Below are positions 50,940-63,674 of a stretch of 64,000 nt of DNA, one piece after another. The stretch's first letter is position 1; each line of letters begins with the position of its first letter. The position numbers and the translations under genes are program-made. The notes beneath the pieces were generated by a model. That model was given only the letters and a program-made list of their open reading frames with translations. It was not told where the DNA came from and ran no database searches. The DNA comes from Glaucostegus cemiculus (lineage: Eukaryota), in assembly GCA_976551045.1 (NCBI GenBank), contig CDPCPM010000344.1:14136001-14200000 (forward strand). Reading direction: 5' to 3'.

Positions 50940-51700
50940 TGTTTTTGTGCAGCAATACATAGACAACATTTAGGTGTATGCTGATAAATGGCAAGTAACT
51001 TTCATGCCACCAAAGTGCCAGGCAATGACCATCTCCATTAAGAGGGATCCTAACCATCTACCTTTGATGCTCAGTGGCGTTACTGTTGCTGAGTCTCCTA
51101 TTGTCAAAATTCTGGGGATCAGCAACTTGATTGAACCAACTACATGTACTGTGGCTGCAAGATCAGGTTGGAGGCTGGATACCATACATTGAATAACACA
51201 CCTTCTGATACTTCTAATCTTTTCTACCATCTACAGGGCGTAAGTTAAGAATATGGTGAAATATTCTTCATTTGACCCAAAGAGTACAGCTCCAACAATA
51301 CTCAAGAAGCTCAGTACCATTACTTGATTGACCCCGCATTCACTCTCTAAACATAAGCTCCTCACTGGCACAACTTGGCTGCAATTTGTGCAACCAACAA
51401 AATACATCATAACTATTTAGCTAGGCTTACCACCCAAACCTTCAATCTCTACCACCAATAAGGACAAGGACTTTGGTAGAAGATGCATTCAAGCATCCTA
51501 ACCAAGAGATTTCTGTCCAAGTCACACACCTTCCTGACTTGGAAACATATCATTGTCCCCTCATTGGTTCTGAATCCTGGAACTCCCTGCTAGCAACAGT
51601 AGAAAGACTGCAGTGGTACCACCACTTCTCAAGGGCAATTAGGGATGGGCAGTAAATGCTGACCTTGCTTGTGATGTCAGCATCCAGAAAAATGAGCTAA
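50940..51700 (+). mobile_element. CR1-like LINE 3' end
   Basis: Encodes YADKWQVTFMPPKCQAMTISIKRDPNHLPL. The 3' UTR caccacttctcaagggcaattagggatgggcagtaaatgctg is shared with the 61150 and 62890 copies. Confidence 0.75.
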
Positions 51701-51890
51701 ATAACAAAAATATTAAAAAGTCCACTAATTAGAAGTCATCCAGTGTGATGACTTAACTGTGATGCTGTCACAGTCAAAGCATTATTACACTGTCCTAAGC
51801 ATCATAACTTTATTTTAATAAAAATCATTGCCCTCAGGAACGCAAAGAAAAAAACCCCAGGAATTTTACAAAGAGAAATAATTACTGTAC

Positions 51891-52060
51891 CTGGTAGCAG
51901 GATTCACAGTGAGGGTCGCCATCTAGATTGTAATAGTTTTTTCCCACCAGTCTGCAGTTACATTTTCTACACTTCAAGCAATTCTCATGGAAAACTTTGT
52001 CCATGGCTTGAACAGCGGGGACAGTTGGAGGAATTGGTTGGTTGCAAAATGCGCAGATAT
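51891..52060 (-). CDS. FBLIM1: FBLIM1 coding exon 4 (170 nt): LIM1
   Basis: Acceptor ccctctcttag|AT and donor CAG|gtacag. Encodes (D)ICAFCNQPIPPTVPAVQAMDKVFHENCLKCRKCNCRLVGKNYYNLDGDPHCESCYQ. Confidence 0.96.
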
Positions 52061-52708
52061 CTAAGAGAGGGAAAAAGCCAAGATCTTAACTTCCCCCAAA
52101 TCTAGTGCACTCCAGTGTGACCAGGATTGATTAGTATATTAGTGCTTGGCCAGAATTAGGACACAAGTTAATGCATCACAGTTTGACTGAAACTAAGAGA
52201 CTAGATTTCAAAGCCAGGTCAACATTCTCAAACTCCAGCAGATAGATACCAATCTCTCCACAATTCTCAGGAAGTACAACTTCTCGCCAAGCTAGTGTTG
52301 TCAGGTACCATACTCATTAAGATTTCATGATTCATTAGCAAAGTTTCCAATAATCCAGTTGAGATAAAGCAATCAGTACAAGGAAAACCAGGTATCAAGT
52401 TGCATTCGTTATATGATTTTGTTTCCATACCCCGGAATGCCTCCCAATACCTTCCAAATCCTATTTCTTCTAAAAAAAACTTCTTAAAATGTGCCTCTTT
52501 AAGAAAAGTTATTATTTGCCAATTTTATAGCTCAGAATCCAATTCGTTTTTTTTTTACATTTCAACAAGGTGCTCTAGTATGCTTTTCACTAGCCGAAGA
52601 GCCGCAATGTTCAACAATGTTTCTCTTTTGAAACACTTAAATCAAAATGAAGCTTGTTTACTCTGGTACTTCTAATTGAGAAGAAAAGATGTTAAATTAA
52701 GTTAAATT

Positions 52709-52948
52709 AAATTTATTTGCAGTGTGGTAACAGGCCCTTTTGGTCTAACGAGTCTGCGCCGTCCATTTTAAACCCCCAAATTAACCTACCAGTACGTCTT
52801 TAGAACGTGGGAGGAAACCAGAGCACCTGGAGGAAACCCAAGCAGACACGGGAGAACGTACAAACTCCTTACAGTCAGCAACGGGAATCGAACCCCGATC
52901 GCTGGCGCTGTAACAGCGTCGGGCTAACCGCTATGCTATCGTGCCGCC
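52709..52948 (-). mobile_element. Young tRNA-derived SINE
   Basis: Near-identical to 38892-39138; B-box ggttcgattccc on the minus strand. Confidence 0.9.
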
Positions 52949-54064
52949 GTGCACTGTATGACTGCAATATTCTACCATAGTTTTAAGAAATCAACCAATC
53001 ACCACAAAAGAAGATGTTAACGTTCTCCAGAAACTGAACCTTCAAATTACAATGGAGAAGTTTTAATAAATTTTGTTTGTGATCATTAATGATGAATATT
53101 ATTGTATTAAGGAAAAAAATCTCTTCAGTTTCAGGTACTGGTGTCCCTAATCAAGCACACCCAAATTTGCTAAAGCACAAATTAAACAACAATGTAAAGC
53201 TTCTTCTACATTGTTCAACAATGTGCTTCTACTGCTACCCAATCACCACCATATCACTGTGGCATTCTTGAATTTGCCACATAATGTATGTTGCATTGAG
53301 GCCAATTTAACACTGTGGGTGTACTTTTTTTTCCAGTTTGGATCAAGACCATAATTAAAGGGCACATTAAAGTTCTATACCCAAGTAGTCAAGGTTGCAA
53401 TGAAAGATCAACAGCTAAACTAACTTTATCCAATAGATATCACAGAGTAACCACAGGTATAGTAATACCAAAACAGTTCTTGAATTAGGCACTACCTTTA
53501 ACAGAAAATGCTGTATTATCACGCAGGTAAATGTAACCCACATGTGAGTATTTCCACAATGAATACCCATTTCTACATAAAACAGAACAATCAAAAAATA
53601 ACGTGCACTCTGCTAATCTTTTTATCAACAGACTTAAGCCATGCAAATATGAGTTTTGAGATCATATGGCCATGAACAGCAACACTTTAATTGTGAATCA
53701 GTTGTGCAATTAACTAGTTCTAGATTCCCAATCAACTACATGTGGTTAATCTCTGATGCATTGGACAACTTGTTGGACAATGCATTGTCCAGTCCCCCAT
53801 TCAAAGTGAAACTTACAAACACGTTAGCATTTCTCCATGCTTCCCAGGAGATTCAATACAATTTTTACCATATGCAGGCAATTAATAGTTTTTTAAGTCC
53901 TGGTTGGAATTTTTTCTGGTTGTGGAAACACCAGATGATAAATAATACAACAGAGATAGCATGCAAATGATTTTAGCTTCCATACAATGTTCAATACCCA
54001 CAGTTATGCTCTAGGGAACCAGGAAATGTGTGAATCCATTCCACACTAAGTAGTACCCACCTAC

Positions 54065-54185
54065 CTGCTCTGGAACCTGGTAACCCATTCAGCTTGTCGT
54101 TCTCTGTTTGAGGTGATGAATTTTCCAGTTTGTTTCCCACATTTGGAATGCTGTGTTTCTCAGATTCAGAGGGTGGAGAGAATTC
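54065..54185 (-). CDS. FBLIM1: FBLIM1 coding exon 3 (121 nt): linker
   Basis: Acceptor tttttaaccag|GAA and donor G|gtaggt. Encodes EFSPPSESEKHSIPNVGNKLENSSPQTENDKLNGLPGSRA. Phases 0/1 fit both neighbours. Confidence 0.85.
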
Positions 54186-54400
54186 CTGGTTAAAAAGGAA
54201 TATTATTTTTTTAAAAGTACAACAGATAATTTTTTCCAGTTTTTCTTTCACCTTAGAACTGGAAATTAAGATTGCGCCTAGCACGATTACACTCAATGTT
54301 TGACACATCACGAGTTTGTAAGCCTGCAAAGACTCATGTCTCACTGAGAGTCAACAATTGTATGACAAAATGGATGAAGAAAAAAAATTAAGCTTCCCAC

Positions 54401-54585
54401 CTGCTGTTTGGAGCCTGCTCCACCATATGACTTCTGCACGTGGGTTTGGTTGGAATCATTCAAAGTGGGAACTGTCCCCTCGTCGGAAAGCAGAGGTGGT
54501 GGTGGAGGTGGAAGTGGCATCTCACTTGGGGGGAAAGCATCTCTTATGTTTTCTGGAGCAGGTGGAGGGGGAGGTGGGAGGTAAT
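54401..54585 (-). CDS. FBLIM1: FBLIM1 coding exon 2 (185 nt): proline-rich region
   Basis: Acceptor (t)11gcag|AT and donor CAG|gtggga. Encodes (D)YLPPPPPPAPENIRDAFPPSEMPLPPPPPPLLSDEG...SKQQ with two LPPPP EVH1-type motifs. Confidence 0.9.
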
Positions 54586-55429
54586 CTGCAAAAAAAAAAG
54601 CACATAATATGGGCAGAGAAAATTGCCAAGACTAGAGTGTATCCATTCCAAATGGTGGGACACTTTGCAATAGATAGATCAGAGTGACAGAAACCATTCC
54701 CAACCAATGATCTTAATGGTCAGAGTTTGTGCATTTGGCTGCTTAAAAATTATCAATGAAAATTAAAAATGTCAACAATTGCTGTTAGCTAATTTCTGAA
54801 ATTTTATGTTTATTATTTAATCTCACTGAGCAGACACAAGATTCCACTGTTCTTTCCTGGAAGCTCATTACAAGATATATGTAAATTATCCTCTGAAATT
54901 TTCTCAAAACACTCATCCTTTATGCAAACTGGCAGTAAGTGTTGAAAGGATTTTTAACTGTGCAGCCATGATAGTCGCCCATTTCTAGTTTTACCTGATG
55001 CTTTACATACATACATTTTATAGCAGGAATCACTAGATAATGATCATAAACGATCATAAAGCCTGGTTGTTTTTTTCCCTGTGTCAAGGTGGTGGTTAAC
55101 ACCCACTCCTTAGCTGAGATTAGTTAATTAAGGATTGATGAAGAATTGAATGTGGACCATCCTTGTCCATATGGATCAGTAATGCATTTCTCCACCATGG
55201 CCTTGGGGAAGATTTACAATCAAATTACCTTCAACATTACCAGTTCTCTGCTTATTTCCACCTATACCTTTATCATAATGCAACCAAAACTATCCCAAAT
55301 CAGACAGTCGTTATGACAACGACTCCAAACTATGCCCACAGTGAGTTTCACAGAATTTTGTTAGAATGACATCACACTGGTGAGAGATTGAAAGTAACCG
55401 AAGTAGACATACATTAGTGCTTTCCTCAC

Positions 55430-55661
55430 CTTCACTAGCAGAATGCAAGTCTGATGGCATGGTCCCTGCCACTCCTTTCACACCCACATTTTCAAATCTA
55501 TTGGAGGGGCTCCTGGACTTGGCTGCTGATGGCACTAATTTTTGGCGGCCATGATCATCCACCCTCGCAGCTTCTAGAGATTTATACGTCTTCGGGGTGC
55601 TGATAGTCCCAGGATTAGCCAGCTGAATATAAACCGAGGAAACCTTCTTTATCTGAGACAT
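55430..55661 (-). CDS. FBLIM1: FBLIM1 first coding exon (CDS part 232 nt): filamin-binding N-terminus
   Basis: Acceptor tttccctag| at 55677, ATG at 55661, donor GAAG|gtgagg. MSQIKKVSSVYIQLANP resembles the migfilin filamin-binding strand (KRVASSVFITLAPP). The summed CDS is 1122 nt = 373 aa plus stop. Confidence 0.9.
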
Positions 55662-55949
55662 CCTTAGTCTGTAGTATCTAGGGAAACAAACAACACAGAA
55701 TAAGTACTGGACTATTAGAGTCTTTGGCCCAGGGTACATCCAACCCTCTGCAGTGTCCTGGGTATTGCAGAGGTGATTAAAAAAATAAATATCAGCCATC
55801 ACTGGATGAGTATAGCTGGTGCTGCTGAAACAGGAATCAACTGAGGATCTCAAGAAAATGGAAAAATAAGCTGAAATATTTAAAACAAACTATCATGATA
55901 ATACATTTGTACTTGAATGATCATTCATTGTATTTCAGATTTTTTAAAA

Positions 55950-56172
55950 AAAATTTATTTACAGCGTGGTAACAGGCCCTTTCGGCCCAACGAGTCCACG
56001 CCGCCCATTTTAAACCCCCAAATTAACTTACCCGTACATCTTTTAGAATGTGGGAGGAAACCCACGCAGACACGGGAGAACATACAAACTCCTTACAGTC
56101 AGCGACGGGAATCAAACCCCGATCGCTGGCGCTGTAACAGCGTCGCGCTAACTGCTACGCTATCATGCCGCC
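55950..56172 (-). mobile_element. Young tRNA-derived SINE (small internal deletion)
   Basis: Same subfamily as the 38892 and 52709 copies. Lacks one ggagcacccggaggaaacc unit. Confidence 0.9.
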
Positions 56173-56811
56173 CTGGATAAATGCATTATTGTTTCTCCAA
56201 TTTCCAGAGTCAGTCAATAAACCCTGAGAGGTCCTGTCCACAGAAGAGGACCAATAAATAGACAAGTTTCCCTCCAGTTCACCTTGGTTTCCCTTTCACA
56301 GTTTCTGAATCTCTTCTTTCAGAGGGCAGTGATCCTCTAGAATTCTCTGCCCCCAAGGGTGGCATGGAGGACAAATCATTGGATATATTTAAGGTGAAGA
56401 TCGATAAGTATTTGATGGATTGTGGAATTGGGGTTATGAGGAACTGGCGCAGAAGAGGTGTTGAGGCCAGCATCGATCAGCTGTGATCATATTGAATGCA
56501 GGGCAGACTTGAGGAGCTTGGTTAATTTCAGAGTGAGTTACCAGTCTTTGGTAAGTTGTGCTGACACAGGCTGATAACACGTCTCCTTGGTGACTAGTGA
56601 AAGAAAAAGAGTAACACGACCTGGAGAAAATGCAAGGAATAATTCTCTATTGGAGCTGAAAGAATGGCCTTCAAGCAGAAAGGCTGGCCAAAGTTGACCT
56701 TACTTTGGTGTATTGACATTCACAGTTTTGCTGCAAATATGAACCAGACTGAAACCTTATGAACACACCTATTTTGTCTGTAAACATTATGAGTAGATCC
56801 AGCCCACATCA

Positions 56812-57110
56812 TATAAGATAAGATAAGATTTCTTTATTAGCACATGTACATTGAAACACACAGTGAAATGCATCTTTGCGTAGAATGTTCTGGGGGCAGC
56901 CCGCAAGTGTCGCCACGCTTCCAGCACCAAAATAGCATGCCCACAACTTCCTAACCCGTACGTCTTTGGAATGTGGGAGGAAGCCGGAGCACCTGGAGGA
57001 AACCCACGCAGTCATGGGGAGAACATAAAAACTCCTTACAGATGGGGGCAGGAATTGAACCCGGATCACTGGCGCTATAATAGCGTCACGCTAACCGCTA
57101 CGCTACCGTG
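56812..57110 (-). mobile_element. tRNA-derived SINE, different 3' tail subfamily
   Basis: Shares the head and body with the young SINEs but ends ...tgtacatgtgctaataaagaaatcttatcttatctt. Confidence 0.85.
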
Positions 57111-57799
57111 TATAAAACAAATTAATAGAAGAATGTTAATGAAAATTACTAAACTTATGAACTGAAAATGACAAGGCCTTTGGGAAGATCATGTCCTTTA
57201 CTATTGGACTCTGCTGTTGCTACCAAATGAACAAGTCATTGAAAGTTCCACTTCTAGTATGGAGCAAATGAGACTGTGAACTGTATTTTTGCACTTACAT
57301 AAACTGCACCAAGCCTCAATGGGCAACCATTCAGATACATGTTGTTTGAAGGATATAACATGTTGCTCGGCACATGCAATTAAAAAAATACTCAGAACAT
57401 TGATAAACTAAACTGCCCTGATCTCTAATATGATGTGTCGCAATGGAGATCACAGTGATAACTGCAGCCCTCCATAAAGAACACAAACCATAGAAAGATA
57501 ACCATTTGGGTCTCAATTCTTGTCAATAAATTGAATCCAGGGCCAGTACAAACGAACTAAGGGAATACTGTAGCTTGAGGTGCTGTCTGGACCTTCCTGA
57601 AACTTACTGTGTTAGGCAAATTCTATGGAAATCACTGATTGTAATGCCCCACCCAGTATGAGGTGTGTTGAGCAAGTAGTTCAAAGCTCAAATCTAAGTG
57701 TACACTATGTTGACAGATCTCAGGTGGTAGTGCTTGTGGTGCTGATAACTTGGCTGGTGTCCCAAAAGGTGTAGGGGAAATAAATCAGCAAAGGTTCCT

Positions 57800-58131
57800 G
57801 TTTCCAACCAATCCAAAGCCTTCTGCTTGCAACACTGTATGATCATTCTAAGATAAGACCAATTTCTTTGTAAGTTGCCTGGTAGATGACGCATTTCAGA
57901 CAAGAAATAGCTTGTCAGTTTTGCATTAAACACACCCAGCTGAAATATTCAGATGCTTATTAGCTGAGAATTATTTTGGTTTTAGTTAATACTTTGTATG
58001 GTTAATTTTACTTACAAGAGAGGAAGAAGATTGGATGAACAATGCAACACCTCAACCTCTTGAGAATTCCCTTTCCTTTTAATTACATGCAGGGAGGGAG
58101 AAGAGCTATTCAGTTAATCCTCTTTTGTATG
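57800..58131. repeat. Diverged direct duplication, copy A (copy B at about 58700-59040)
   Basis: Collinear shared blocks: ttctaagataag, aagttgcctgg-agatga, caagaaatagc, ccagctgaaatat, ttagctgaga, aagagaggaagaaga, gaattccctttcctttt. Confidence 0.9.
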
Positions 58132-58438
58132 CATGGATAAAGTTGAAGAACTCTCAAAAGGTACAGCAACACCCGCTATTTGAATGCGTTATTGAAGAAC
58201 AGTGAAGTACCAGAGGATGGCCAGAGGCTGTGAAGCTAAACTTCAGCTAGCATTCGCTCAATCAGTAAAGGAGGGAAGAACACTGCAGGAACAAAGGTAA
58301 ACAGACATGTAGCTGCCTATGGTCATGAACAATACCCAAGCCTGCTTGAAAACAATCTAATTTATAAATAGTGTATGTTACTGGCTACTGGTTGACCCCT
58401 AGAAACCCATTCCACACACAGTTCCCTGAGGCACTTAC

Positions 58439-58670
58439 CAAAGCTCTATTACTTGCTGTATGAGAGCAAACCCATCCACAGCCCTGCAGCGTTTTGTTCC
58501 ACTAGTACACCTCCTTCAGAGTCTGCAAACGGAACTGCACTGAGCCTGAACTGGTTCTAATCATCTAAATTCCCTCACTCGGGATAGTCTGTCCGCCTAC
58601 CTCTGCTTCACTTTACCATAAAAGGAGAATGAATTCCTCAGGCATTAGTACAGCAAACAGGAAGCTGCTC
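58439..58670 (-). promoter_or_regulatory. FBLIM1: Putative FBLIM1 non-coding first exon and proximal promoter
   Basis: Strong donor TG|gtaagt at 58438. The first coding exon has an acceptor and so needs an upstream exon. CArG box CCATAAAAGG at 58616-58625 and ETS core ACAGGAAG at about 58657. TSS not determinable from sequence. Confidence 0.5.
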
Positions 58671-59848
58671 CCTAACCTATCCACTCCGCACAGACTCCGT
58701 TATCCATCCAGTCAAACTTCTGTAAAAAATGCACTATAATGCGGTTCTAAGATAAGCCCAATCACTCTGGAAGTTGCCTGGCAGATGATGTGTTTCACAC
58801 AAGAAATAGCCTGTTGGTTTTGCATCAGCTCCTCCAGCTGAAATATCCAGGTGCTGATTAGCTGAGAGTTTGTTGTGTTTTAGTTAAAATCTTGTCTGAT
58901 TAATGTTACTTAAAAAGAGAGGAAGAAGACTGGAGGAACATTGCACCCCTGTGACCCACAACTTCCCCTGAATTCCCTTTCCTTTTAGTTGACTGCCTGC
59001 TGGGGATGACTAAGGGTAATTCATTTAACCCTTTGTGTGCTGTAAGCCATTATTTTAGGAGAGGCATCTTGAAAGAGCTTCTCAGAGAGTCAGAACTCCC
59101 TAAAAGATAAAGTAATAAATTGAGATACAAAATACTGGGGCAGGCAGGAAAAGATCTTTCATCATTTTTCTTATTGGTGAATCTTTTTCCGCTTTAAATT
59201 GCATGATGTTAGTCCCCAAAAATGAAACTTACTATTAGATTCAGGCCTAGAGATTGCCTCATTATTGCTTTTGACATTAAAACAGCATTGTGAAACACCG
59301 TAACACTGTGAAAGTCACACAAAGGGTGAGAAATTCAACCAAAAGGCTTAAAAGCAGCTTTGTTGGATATCCCAGGCTGAAACCGGCATTGCTGGTTTCA
59401 GTGCATCATTTCCTATTCATGCGTTGCAAGTCCTTGCACTTGTCTGCATCTAGGTCACAGATGCAAACTTTGCAGCCAACTCTTAAAAGGATATAAACCA
59501 AGCAACATTTCCAACTACAGAGCAGCATTGCTTTTGAATGAATAGAGGCTACAGTGATGAAGGAGGAGTGGGAGAGTGGTCCCAAATGGTTGAGGAACTT
59601 CGTAGGCTTGTGAAAGAGACATATTCTTTGTGCAAGGGGACCACAGAATCCTCCAGGGCTACAACCACATGTTCCTGCAAGGGCTTGAGTATATTTTGTA
59701 AATGCCTACATCTTGAGGTAGCCTGCAATGCAAGTAAATGCCTGTGCCTACTCTCGTAGGCTAAGGAAAAAATAGATAAAATCTTCTCTTCTTCGCTTTG
59801 GAGACCCTACTAATGCAGCAGCAAGCAGCAAACTGAGACATGTGGCGG

Positions 59849-59975
59849 AACATAGAACATTACAGCACAGTACAGGCCCTTCAGCCCACGATGTTGTGCC
59901 GACATTTTATCCTGCTCTAATATCTATCTAACCCTTCCCTCCCACATAGCCCTCCATTTCTCTATCATTCATGAG
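59849..59975 (-). mobile_element. Short CR1 3' terminus
   Basis: aacatagaacattacagcacagtacaggcccttcagcccacgatgttgtgcc is the reverse complement of a CR1 tail. Confidence 0.7.
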
Positions 59976-60689
59976 TTCAGCAGCAGTGCCTGAAATGATC
60001 TTGAGGCAAAGATGCTGAGGCATGACCCTACCTACCAAGAGGTCAAGGCACATACAAGATTGTTTCTGAGGTCGTAGAAATTCACAGTTCTACCAGAGTA
60101 TAAAAAACGCAGTTTGAGCATTGGCCCTTTTTAATAGCACATTTGAGGGAAGTGGTAATAAACTCTGTTTGGTGAGTGAATAAGAACTGAGAGACAATTA
60201 AGATGAAAATCTTACTGCAGACAAGCCTCTGTGTTTGCCTGTCTTCTGTTGGCATCCTTTGAGGGAATTTCATGCCAGATAAACAAAATGCTAGGGAGAA
60301 CAAAGATTCTGCCAAAGGATGTCAAAGATATTTTTGGCTCTGTAGAGTGAAGACCAACCTCTTATCTCAAAGAGTTGAATTTCCTGCCAGTCACAATCTA
60401 CCCAGAAATGTGTGCGAGATAGTTCTATTCCATGTCAAGCTGATTTTCAACAGAGTTTTGTCAAAACATTTCTGTTCTACTAGTGTCCCAATAGGTACTC
60501 ACAAGTCAGTCCAAGATGTGCTAAATGCAGATAAAAACTCCCTTTACATCTCCCACTTAAACAAGATGATATCAGTTAACACTGAGATGAAATTCAGTGG
60601 TAAAGATCCTTCTCTGCTGCTCCAAGTATTCCCAGGGTAAGTAAGCAGAGTTAGGTACAAAATAAGGTTGGCTGCAAGAGCAGGTCTGA

Positions 60690-62950
60690 TGCTAAGAATC
60701 CTGTGGTGAGTAACTCAACTCCTAACTCCCAAAGCCTGTCCACCATCTACAAGGCTCAAGTCAGGATTATGCTCTCCACCTGCCTGGATGAGTGCAGCTT
60801 CAACAACACTAGCTTGGCAGCATACAGGACATAGCAGCCCATCCACAACCATTCGCTCACTCCACCACTGACACACATTAGCAGCAGTTTGTACCATCAA
60901 CAGGGTGCACTGCAGCAACTCACCAAAACTCCTTAGACAGAACCTTGCAAACCCACAACCTCAAGTAGTTAGAATTAGAAGGACAAGAGCAGCAAAAGCA
61001 TGGAACCACCACCTGGAAGATGCCCTCTAAGCTTGGAAATATATCACCATTCCTTCACTGTCGCTGGGTCAAAGTCCTGCAACTCTCTTCCCTAACACCA
61101 TTGTGGGTATACCTACACCTCAAGGACTGCAGCGGGTCAGGAGGGCAGCTCACCATCATCTTCTCTCGGACAATTAGAGATGGGCAATTAAATGCTGGCT
61201 CAGCCTGTGAAACCCACATGCCTTGAATGAATAATAAAAAATGACTATTCCAGTCTTGCTGGTACTGAAGGAGTGTTGGATGCACTTTTGGATGTGACAC
61301 AAAATCTCGACACAGTCTGCCCTCTAAAGTGGATGAGTAGATCCCAAGGCACTATCTAGATAAATGGGGGATTCTCCTGGTGCACTGGTCAACATGAATC
61401 CTTCCAAAACAAAATGACTTGGTCATTTATCTTACTGCCGTTCTTGAGACCCTGCTGTGCAAATTGGCTGCTGCATTTTGCACCATTGTGCTACACCTCA
61501 CAAATATTTAGAACCAGCTGCACCTCTGGCCAAGCTGTTCCAACACTGGCTTTATCTGACAATGTGGAAAACTGTATCCTGTTCACAAATAGCAGTAAAT
61601 CCATCTAATGACTACCCGGTCAGCCTACTCTCAATCATCAGTAAAATGATGGAAGCTATCACCAACAGTGCTACTAAATTGCACCTATTCACCAATAACC
61701 TACTCACTGATGCCCATGTTGGGTTTCACCAGGACCACTCAGTTCACAGCCTTGGTCTAAGCATGGAGCCGAGAGCTGAATTCCAGAGGTGGGCTGAGGG
61801 TGACTGCCCTTAGCATCAAGGCAGCATTTGATTAAGTGCAACACCAAGGTGCCCTGGTAAAACTGGGCATCAAAGGGAATACACAGCAGTGGTTGGAGTC
61901 GTACCTCCTACAACTGTTCACCAGAGGTCCATCAGCCCAGCCCCAGGATGTCACTGCAGGAGTTCCTCAGGGGACTGTCCTTCCCAGCTATCAACTGCTC
62001 CATTGATGAGCTGCTTTCCATCATAAAGTCAGAGGCAGTGAATGCTGCAGTAGTGCAGCTGCCTCACATCTCCTGTAATCCGGGTTTGATTCTGACCGCT
62101 GGTGCTGTCTACGTGGAGTTTGCATGTTCTCCCCTGTGACTGATTGGGTTTTCTCTGGGTGTTCTGGTTTCCTCCCATGTCCCAGAGATGTGAGGGCTGG
62201 TAGGTTAATTGGCCACTGTAAATTTCTCCTAGTGTGTTGGTGGCAGGTAGAGTCTGGCGGGAGTTGAGTGATGGGATTAGTGCATAATGGGTGGTTGATG
62301 GTTTAAACAGAGGACCTGTTTCCATGCAGTATGGTTCTAAAAGAGAGTTCAACTGTCTACCCTTGATGTTCAATGGCATTATTATCTCTAAATCCCCCCA
62401 CTATCAAAGTTCAGGGCGTCACCACTGATCGGACGCTTAACTGAATCAGCTACATAAATCAGAGGCTGGGCATCCTGCGGCAAATAGCTCCTGACACACC
62501 AAGGCCTTTCTACAACCTGCAAGGCATGGGTCAGTGGGTGAGTGGAACACCACTAACTCTCAAGCAGCTCAATAGCATGCAAGGCAAAGCAGTTCACTTA
62601 GCTGGTTCCCCCTCCACCACCCCTAAACATTCATCCCTTCCGTCACAGTGCACAGTGACTGCAGTGTGTACCATCTACAAAGCTCTCTGTAGTTTCTCAC
62701 TGAGGCTACTCTCCCAAAATCATGACTCCACCACCAAGAGGGACCAAGGCAGCAACTATCCCTCCAATCGCACACTGACTTGTGTTGGAAATGTAACATC
62801 TGCCCTTCCTTGTTAGTGGCTGTGCATCCTGGAAAATTCTGTACTGCAGCACCAGCAGAGATGCAGAATTCAAGGAGCTGGCTCACTACCCACCTTCACA
62901 AGGGGAATTAGGAATGGGTGGCCTTGCTGACGACTGCCACATCCCAAAAA
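60690..62950 (+). mobile_element. Nested repeat cluster: CR1-like 3' end, DeuSINE/SacSINE1-like segment (about 61245-61510), CR1-like RT fragment interrupted by an HE1-like SINE (62033-62332)
   Basis: RT motifs MWKTVS...NPSNDYPVSLLSIISKMMEAI...NNLLTDAHVGFHQDHS. The SINE body tacgtggagtttgcatgttctcccc is inserted within the RT sequence. Confidence 0.75.
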
Positions 62951-63674
62951 TAAATAAAACAATCATCTGTAGCAGCTGCCCCAACCCTATCTTCTCCATT
63001 GTTCTCATATCTGTGGGACCTGTTCTTGTCTGTTTCTGACTCTGCTGCTATTTGTAAGCTGCCTGGCCTCTAAAGTATCTGCCCTAAATGTCTGCTTGTG
63101 TCCCGACAGCAACAGCATTTGTCCTGATCACTCCCTCTCCTCAGTGTGTTTTCTAACTCTGGGCTGTGTTGGTTTGCTGATTCCCAGTGATGTGTAAGAT
63201 GTTCTTACATCAACAGCTTCTGTGAATTCTGTCACCTCAGCAAATGGCTGGTTCCCCTGGGTCCATCCAGATGAGTGTTTTTCAATTGTCATTGGTGCTC
63301 AGTGGGTCAATAACATGTTATCTGTGTTCTCCTGCTAAACTGACAATGTACCCAAAAGTGGCAGGGAATGGAGGGCTGGCAGGAAACTCAGGAGAACAAT
63401 ATCCGACAACTTCCTCAGGACACCCCTGAAATTTTGTTTATACTTGCAGTCTTTCTGTGACACAGCTTCAGCAGCTGGGTCCTATTTGTGGTAGAAAAGC
63501 AATTTAAAAAGCAAAAAGTGAATTTGAACTATGCAAGGCATGCACAGAGAGAACAACTGTGGAGAGACTTCACAATAATTAGAGCTAACTAATGCCACTT
63601 GCACAATCTAAATTTATCCCAGGAGTCCCCTATGAAGCGTCTAATTGTTTCTTACGATTATTTTTACCTCCACT

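Noticed and set aside
51733-51754. Hairpin aagtcatc-CAGTGT-gatgactt with an iron-responsive-element-like loop
   Set aside because: It lacks the bulged C five bases 5' of the loop, is intronic, and is antisense to FBLIM1.
55311-55853. 180-aa ORF taken as a whole FBLIM1 exon, and alternative donor AAT|gtatgt at 55412
   Set aside because: The flanks are intronic (acceptor at 55677). The 55412 donor is phase 0 and out of frame with the next exon, whereas the 55429 donor fits.
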